Assembly: GCA_965140415.1 (NCBI GenBank)
Contig: OZ223209.1
Coordinates: 4,768,001 to 4,832,000, forward strand
Length of the DNA stretch: 64,000 nucleotides
Direction: 5' to 3'
From: Myxococcota bacterium
GTDB taxonomy: Bacteria; Myxococcota_A; SURF-8
A program made the position numbers and the translations under genes. Below, piece by piece: positions 59,629-64,000 of this stretch (within the stretch, counting starts at the first letter, position 1; the number at the start of each line of letters is the position of its first letter). The notes beneath the pieces are model-generated. The model made no database searches. It was not told the origin of the DNA and saw only the letters and a program-made list of their open reading frames with translations.

Positions 59629-61365
59629 TTACTTGGAAACCAGAAAATCCCCAATCGCCAGGTAATCCAGGCCGGTGTTCAAAAAACAGTTAATTGCTTC
59701 CTCCGGTCTTAATACGATGGGGGCTCCTCTTACGTTGAACGAGGTGTTCAACACCACCTCATAGCCGCTGAGCTTGCCGAACTCTTCGATGAGCGCATGG
59801 TATTTCGGGTTGCATTTTGCTTCCACGGTTTGCACACGCACGGTGTTGTCTACATGCACGACCGACGGCAGTTTTTCCTTGATTCCGGTTCGGGCTTTAC
59901 AGGCTACGATCATGTAAGGTAGCGGGCCGAAAAAGTCGAAATATTCCGCTCCGTTTTCGATTGTTGTTGAAGGACAGAAAGGGCGCCAAGGTTCCCGGAA
60001 CTTTACCTTGCAGTTTATGATGTTACTCATGTCCGGGTTGAGCGGATTGGCCAGAATACTGCGGTTGCCCAATGCGCGAGCGCCCATTTCCATTCTCCCC
60101 TGGAACCAACCTACGATTTTTGAGCGGGAAAGCAGTTGCGCCACTTCTTTAGCAATGTTTTCTTTCTTTTCATATGCAAGACCCGCTTCGATCAGGGCTG
60201 TTTCAATGGTAGCGTTGTCATATTCCGGTCCCAAGTATGGATGGGAAAAACTTGCCTTGCGGATACGATCTTCATAACGGCAGGCGGCCAGCGCAGCTCC
60301 CAGCGAGATGCCGTTGTCTCCCGCAGCCGGTTGCACGAAGAAGTTTTCGTAACCAATCCATTTCGCCAACACACCGTTCATTTTACAGTTCATAAACGAC
60401 CCACCGGCGACACACAGCTTGGTCTTTCCTGTAAGATCAATCAGTGTCTTTGCCAGTTTCAGGCAAACTTCCTCAAACACGGATTGCACCGCAAAGGCAA
60501 GATCTTTTTCATATTGGCTGAAAGGGTCGTTGGATTCAAAGAAACGTGGTTTTCCGAAAAGGCGTAGCCATTCTTCGCTGTAGGGGCCGTCCTCGCTTCG
60601 TTTGCCGTAAAAAAAGTCAGAGCAGACTTCATAACAGGAATCGCTGTCTACAAGATGCAGCACTTTCCGTACATTGGTTAACAACTCATCTTTTTTTTGG
60701 CCGTAGGCGGCCAGCCCCATCAGTTTGCCTTCTCCGTCATGTGGTCGGAAGCCGAACCACTGTGTAAACATGGTATAAAACCAGCCCAGCGAATGCGGCA
60801 ATTCCCAGCGTTTCAGGTGCTTAACATAACCCTGTTCGGCCACCCAGAAGTTGGTGCAGTCGTGCTCGCCGTGCCCGTCCATTGTTAGAATCGCGGCATC
60901 CTGAAAACCAGACAGAACGTGACAGGAATGGGCATGGGACAAATGGTGGTTTACGAAGCGCAATTCAGGTTGCCTATTTTTCGGCAGGTTCTGAAAAAGG
61001 TTTTTGCGAATGATGTCTTCCATACGTTCCCGGCTATAGCGGCCAAGGTTCTTTAGCTGCCAATCCAGCACATGCTTTCCAGTCGGACGATATCGATACC
61101 AAGAGGAAAGGTAGAAACGTGCCATTTCATCCGGAAATTTGTCCACATCCCAGCCAGTTGCAATGATGTCAAGATCCGCTATATCCAGTTTCGCTACCGA
61201 CAAACAATAGGCGATGGCGTTTGATGGAAATTGGTTCGGGGCGTGTTTCTGCCTGTTGAAACGCTCTTCTTCCGCAAAGGCAACGATTTCTCCGTTGACA
61301 AGCAGGGCGGCGGAAGGATCGGAACCTTCGAACAAAAGCCCCAAAACATTGTTTGCTTTAGTCAT
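59629..61365 (-). CDS. Carbamoyltransferase (NodU/CmcH/TobZ family)
   Basis: EEERF.R.KH, HHLSHA, DGHGE, EGKLMGLAAYG, AGGSFMNCKMN, PAAGDNG, GARALGNRSIL, KFRE.WRPF, LNTSFN. Confidence 0.93.
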   Translation of the reverse strand: MTKANNVLGLLFEGSDPSAALLVNGEIVAFAEEERFNRQKHAPNQFPSNAIAYCLSVAKLDIADLDIIATGWDVDKFPDEMARFYLSSWYRYRPTGKHVLDWQLKNLGRYSRERMEDIIRKNLFQNLPKNRQPELRFVNHHLSHAHSCHVLSGFQDAAILTMDGHGEHDCTNFWVAEQGYVKHLKRWELPHSLGWFYTMFTQWFGFRPHDGEGKLMGLAAYGQKKDELLTNVRKVLHLVDSDSCYEVCSDFFYGKRSEDGPYSEEWLRLFGKPRFFESNDPFSQYEKDLAFAVQSVFEEVCLKLAKTLIDLTGKTKLCVAGGSFMNCKMNGVLAKWIGYENFFVQPAAGDNGISLGAALAACRYEDRIRKASFSHPYLGPEYDNATIETALIEAGLAYEKKENIAKEVAQLLSRSKIVGWFQGRMEMGARALGNRSILANPLNPDMSNIINCKVKFREPWRPFCPSTTIENGAEYFDFFGPLPYMIVACKARTGIKEKLPSVVHVDNTVRVQTVEAKCNPKYHALIEEFGKLSGYEVVLNTSFNVRGAPIVLRPEEAINCFLNTGLDYLAIGDFLVSK

Positions 61366-62134
61366 AGTTTTCTCGACTCCACTTCAAATATAGATCGTTC
61401 AAGGTCAAGACATCGTATTCTTCCCGGTGAATGAATGCGAGCAGATCCACCACGAAATCCCGGATTCCGCGACCCTTATATTGCAGTTCAAGCAAATCTC
61501 GTTCGCTTAATTGAATCCATTGCGCTCGGCTCAGGTTGTCCTTGACGCGCCTCGAGTAGTTGATATCCGGTGAGTTCATTACCATATGCATTGGATGAAC
61601 GGAAATGATTTTCAGGCCGGGCTTGGAAAAGAGTTCCCTTTCGCTTTGTCCAAAATCCAATCCCCGGTTCTGCCACAAATAGGTTCCGTCCTCGAAAAAG
61701 GTAGGAAAGCGCAGCAAGCCAGATTCGTGCAGGAAGGGCAGAATTCCCTGTTGCAGCAGAGTACAGGTATTGCTGTCGTAGCGGAGCCCTTTTGCGTAGA
61801 ATTCATGTGTAATATCAGTAACATCATAATAGCGATGTGAGCGAAAACAGCGTACGTCGGGGAGTAGGTTGAGGCAGTATTCTGTAACTTCCTCGTATGA
61901 GCTACCCTGGCTACTGTCGCTCAAGAAGTTGGGATGGATTCCAGCGTCGATTTTGCCTTCTTCGATCATACTATACAAGAATGGGCTTGAATGCGTCATG
62001 AAATAGGTTGCTTTTGCCTTGGCGTTGACAAAAACTTCATGCCCGATACGTAGCGCCTCTTCCGAGGCCCAGTCCACATCGGCCGTCAAACAGAATATAG
62101 GGGCCTCGTGTAGTTTTTCTCTAAGTGATTTCAT
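61358..62134 (-). CDS. WbmS-like polysaccharide deacetylase
   Basis: TADVDWA, ATYFMTH, GIHPNF, RSH, YDSN, FFEDG, HPMH; overlaps carbamoyltransferase start. Confidence 0.75.
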   Translation of the reverse strand: MKSLREKLHEAPIFCLTADVDWASEEALRIGHEVFVNAKAKATYFMTHSSPFLYSMIEEGKIDAGIHPNFLSDSSQGSSYEEVTEYCLNLLPDVRCFRSHRYYDVTDITHEFYAKGLRYDSNTCTLLQQGILPFLHESGLLRFPTFFEDGTYLWQNRGLDFGQSERELFSKPGLKIISVHPMHMVMNSPDINYSRRVKDNLSRAQWIQLSERDLLELQYKGRGIRDFVVDLLAFIHREEYDVLTLNDLYLKWSRENYD

Positions 62135-62399
62135 AATGATTCCATTTTTTATTATGGTGATGGTTATATTCTATTCAGGAAAGGTTTCGAATTCCTTTAC
62201 CCAGCCAAAGCGAAGATTGACGTAATTGAAAAACTACTAGGGTATCTCAGGCATACAATCTTCCCCAAGGTGTTGAATCTCGACAAAATAAATCTGGTTA
62301 GCATTAATATTATCACTAGTCCACTCTTTATTGTCACATGGGGAACGTCCGAAACGCCCGGAGTGTATCACAAGATAGTGCGGAAAAGGTCATCACAGT

Positions 62400-62472
62400 G
62401 TCATCCTCCGTGAAAGCGGATGATCCAGGAGACAAGATACAGACTGGATTGTTAGCCTGCACGAACAATGAC
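62400..62472. repeat. REP-like dimer (GTCAT..GATCCAG / CTGGAT..AATGAC)
   Basis: GTCATCCTCCGTGAAAGCGGATGATCCAG..CTGGATTGTTAGCCTGCACGAACAATGAC. Confidence 0.55.
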
Positions 62473-62520
62473 AATAATAACTATCTCAATTGATAGATAT
62501 TGCAATTTTCTGTGATGCAC

Positions 62521-62534
62521 CCGAACGCCCGAAA
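62521..62534. repeat. 14-bp direct repeat, right copy
   Basis: CCGAACGCCCGAAA, identical to 57506-57519. Confidence 0.7.
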
Positions 62535-62666
62535 GTAACGATAGCATCCCGGATAGCTGTCAATTCTTACGTCTCTTTGATTCGGCAAATAAACAAGAAA
62601 AATTATCGGTTTTGACTTTATGATTGATTATTCATCATTTTCACGCAATTCCTGCATCGATAAATC

Positions 62667-62695
62667 TTGACAAGGTTTGCGAGGCTGCCTACCAT
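62667..62695 (+). promoter_or_regulatory. Sigma70 promoter of SIS-domain gene
   Basis: TTGACA-17 bp-TACCAT. Confidence 0.7.
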
Positions 62696-62730
62696 TCCAT
62701 CGTCCGCTTGATTACAAAGGAGACTCACAT

Positions 62731-63768
62731 ATGCTTCGTATGCTCAAGGAAATCAAAGAAAGCCCGGAGGTCCTGGCGCGCCTGTACCAGCGTGAGAATA
62801 GCCGGATCGAACGATTGGCACGCTATTTAGGCGGGCAGGATTATACGCACGTCACTTTTGTGGCGCGTGGTACCAGCGACAACGCCTGCCTGTACGGCAA
62901 GTACCTGATCGAATCACTATTGGGACTGCCCTGCCATCTGGCCGCGCCGTCGGTCGTCACCGTCTACAAATCCGATATTCGCGGCTCCCGTTCGCTGGTA
63001 ATCGGCGTGTCCCAGTCGGGAGAAGGCACCGATGTCAATCGCTACCTGGAACACTCCAGAGAAACCGGCTCGATGACCTTGGCCATCACCAATACGCGCG
63101 GCTCCGGTATTACCAAAGTTGCCGATGAAGTGATTTACTTGAACGCCGGGCGCGAAGAATCGGTGGCCGCCACCAAAACCTACATCGCAGAATGCATGGC
63201 GCTTCTGATGCTCGCCGCTCACTGGGCGCATCATCGCACCACCATCGGATTGCTGCCGAAAATTTCAGAAGCCGCCGAGCAGGTGCTGCAATGCGAAGAA
63301 GACATCAAAGGCAAGGTGGAACGTTATCGCTTTGCTAACAATTCCGTGGTGTTGGGACGTGGGTATCACTATGCCACCGCCAAAGAAATGGCACTGAAAC
63401 TGATGGAAACCTGCTATCTGCCCTGCCAGCCCTTTTCCATCGCCGACTTCATGCACGGTCCCATCGCCATGATTCACGAAGGTTTCCCGACACTGATGTT
63501 CATCACGCGCGGAAAAATGAGCGCTCCGATGATGCAGTTGGCCAAGGATCTGCACGAAAAAGGCACGGAGAGCATCATCTTCTCCAATACGACCGAAACG
63601 CGCAAATACGCGTCGATGCACTTCATGATGCCGCGTGCGCTAAACGAAGTGGCTACGCCCATCACCTACATTATTCCCGGCCAGCTCTTCGCCTATTACC
63701 TGTCGCTGGTCAAGGGCCTGGACCCGGATCATCCCAAGTTCCTGAACAAAATCACCAAAACGGTGTAA
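62731..63768 (+). CDS. Double-SIS protein, GlmS isomerase-like without glutaminase domain (probable sugar-amine phosphate deaminase/isomerase)
   Basis: EIKESP, RGTSDNA, SQSGE, AATKTY, GRG..Y..A.E.ALKL.E, FMHGP; AAGGAG RBS. Confidence 0.88.
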   Translation: MLRMLKEIKESPEVLARLYQRENSRIERLARYLGGQDYTHVTFVARGTSDNACLYGKYLIESLLGLPCHLAAPSVVTVYKSDIRGSRSLVIGVSQSGEGTDVNRYLEHSRETGSMTLAITNTRGSGITKVADEVIYLNAGREESVAATKTYIAECMALLMLAAHWAHHRTTIGLLPKISEAAEQVLQCEEDIKGKVERYRFANNSVVLGRGYHYATAKEMALKLMETCYLPCQPFSIADFMHGPIAMIHEGFPTLMFITRGKMSAPMMQLAKDLHEKGTESIIFSNTTETRKYASMHFMMPRALNEVATPITYIIPGQLFAYYLSLVKGLDPDHPKFLNKITKTV

Positions 63769-63791
63769 TTGCTGCATTGCCGCTTTTTCAG

Positions 63792-63820
63792 CCGCCGCCT
63801 TTTATCGGGCGGCGGTTTTT
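63792..63820 (+). terminator. Intrinsic terminator
   Basis: CCGCCGCCT..GGGCGGCGG followed by TTTTT. Confidence 0.8.
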
Positions 63821-63937
63821 ATTTGCAATCTCATTTTCATATGCTCAAAAAACGGTTGACTTTCCATCGTATCGATGGAACAATATCAATACGACTCGCC
63901 ACATTTACATTCACCAACTCAACATTTGGGGACAATC

Positions 63938-64000
63938 ATGTCTAAAATCAACGTGTTGCTTATCTTCGCGCTATTTACCCTTTTGCTGTTTCCATCCTGC
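63938..64000 (+). CDS. 5' end of a probable lipoprotein (truncated by window)
   Basis: GGGGA RBS; MSKINVLLIFALFTLLLFPSC signal peptide ending in Cys. Confidence 0.6.
   Translation, partial: MSKINVLLIFALFTLLLFPSC

Noticed and set aside
62540-62730. glmS ribozyme upstream of the SIS gene
   Set aside because: The promoter leaves only about 30 nt of leader, and the gene lacks the glutaminase domain

Overview
A gene-dense 64-kb bacterial chromosomal segment, moderately GC-rich, with several visibly AT-richer patches. The gene content suggests a diderm deltaproteobacterial (Myxococcota-like) organism: tandem-PilZ proteins, a DUF4398 plus TSP3/OmpA pair, Cys-rich lipoproteins, ruvX-mltG and a sigma54 promoter. 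That placement is inference. Housekeeping genes include split pntAA-pntAB-pntB, rlmI, ruvX-mltG, tRNA-Met, an ABC-F ATPase, ATP-PFK, rfbD, upp, yceI, a DEAD-box helicase, pdxST, PBP1A-tatA/B-tatC, asnB and a GlmS-like SIS protein. The main unexplained pattern is six unlinked lipoproteins with unrelated cargo domains (metallopeptidase, Ntn acylase, GH13 hydrolase, beta-propeller, two Cys-rich proteins) that share acidic linkers with repeated DGD motifs near the lipidated Cys, possibly a lineage-specific sorting or display signal. Other candidates: a ~5-kb deacetylase/carbamoyltransferase/GT-C cassette between exact 14-bp direct repeats, a structured intergenic RNA candidate, a divergent four-helix-bundle protein, a Svf1-like secreted protein, an orphan B12 radical SAM gene and REP-like elements. 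No CRISPR array, integrase, transposase or reverse transcriptase was seen. All family calls come from motif recognition by eye; no database searches were run.
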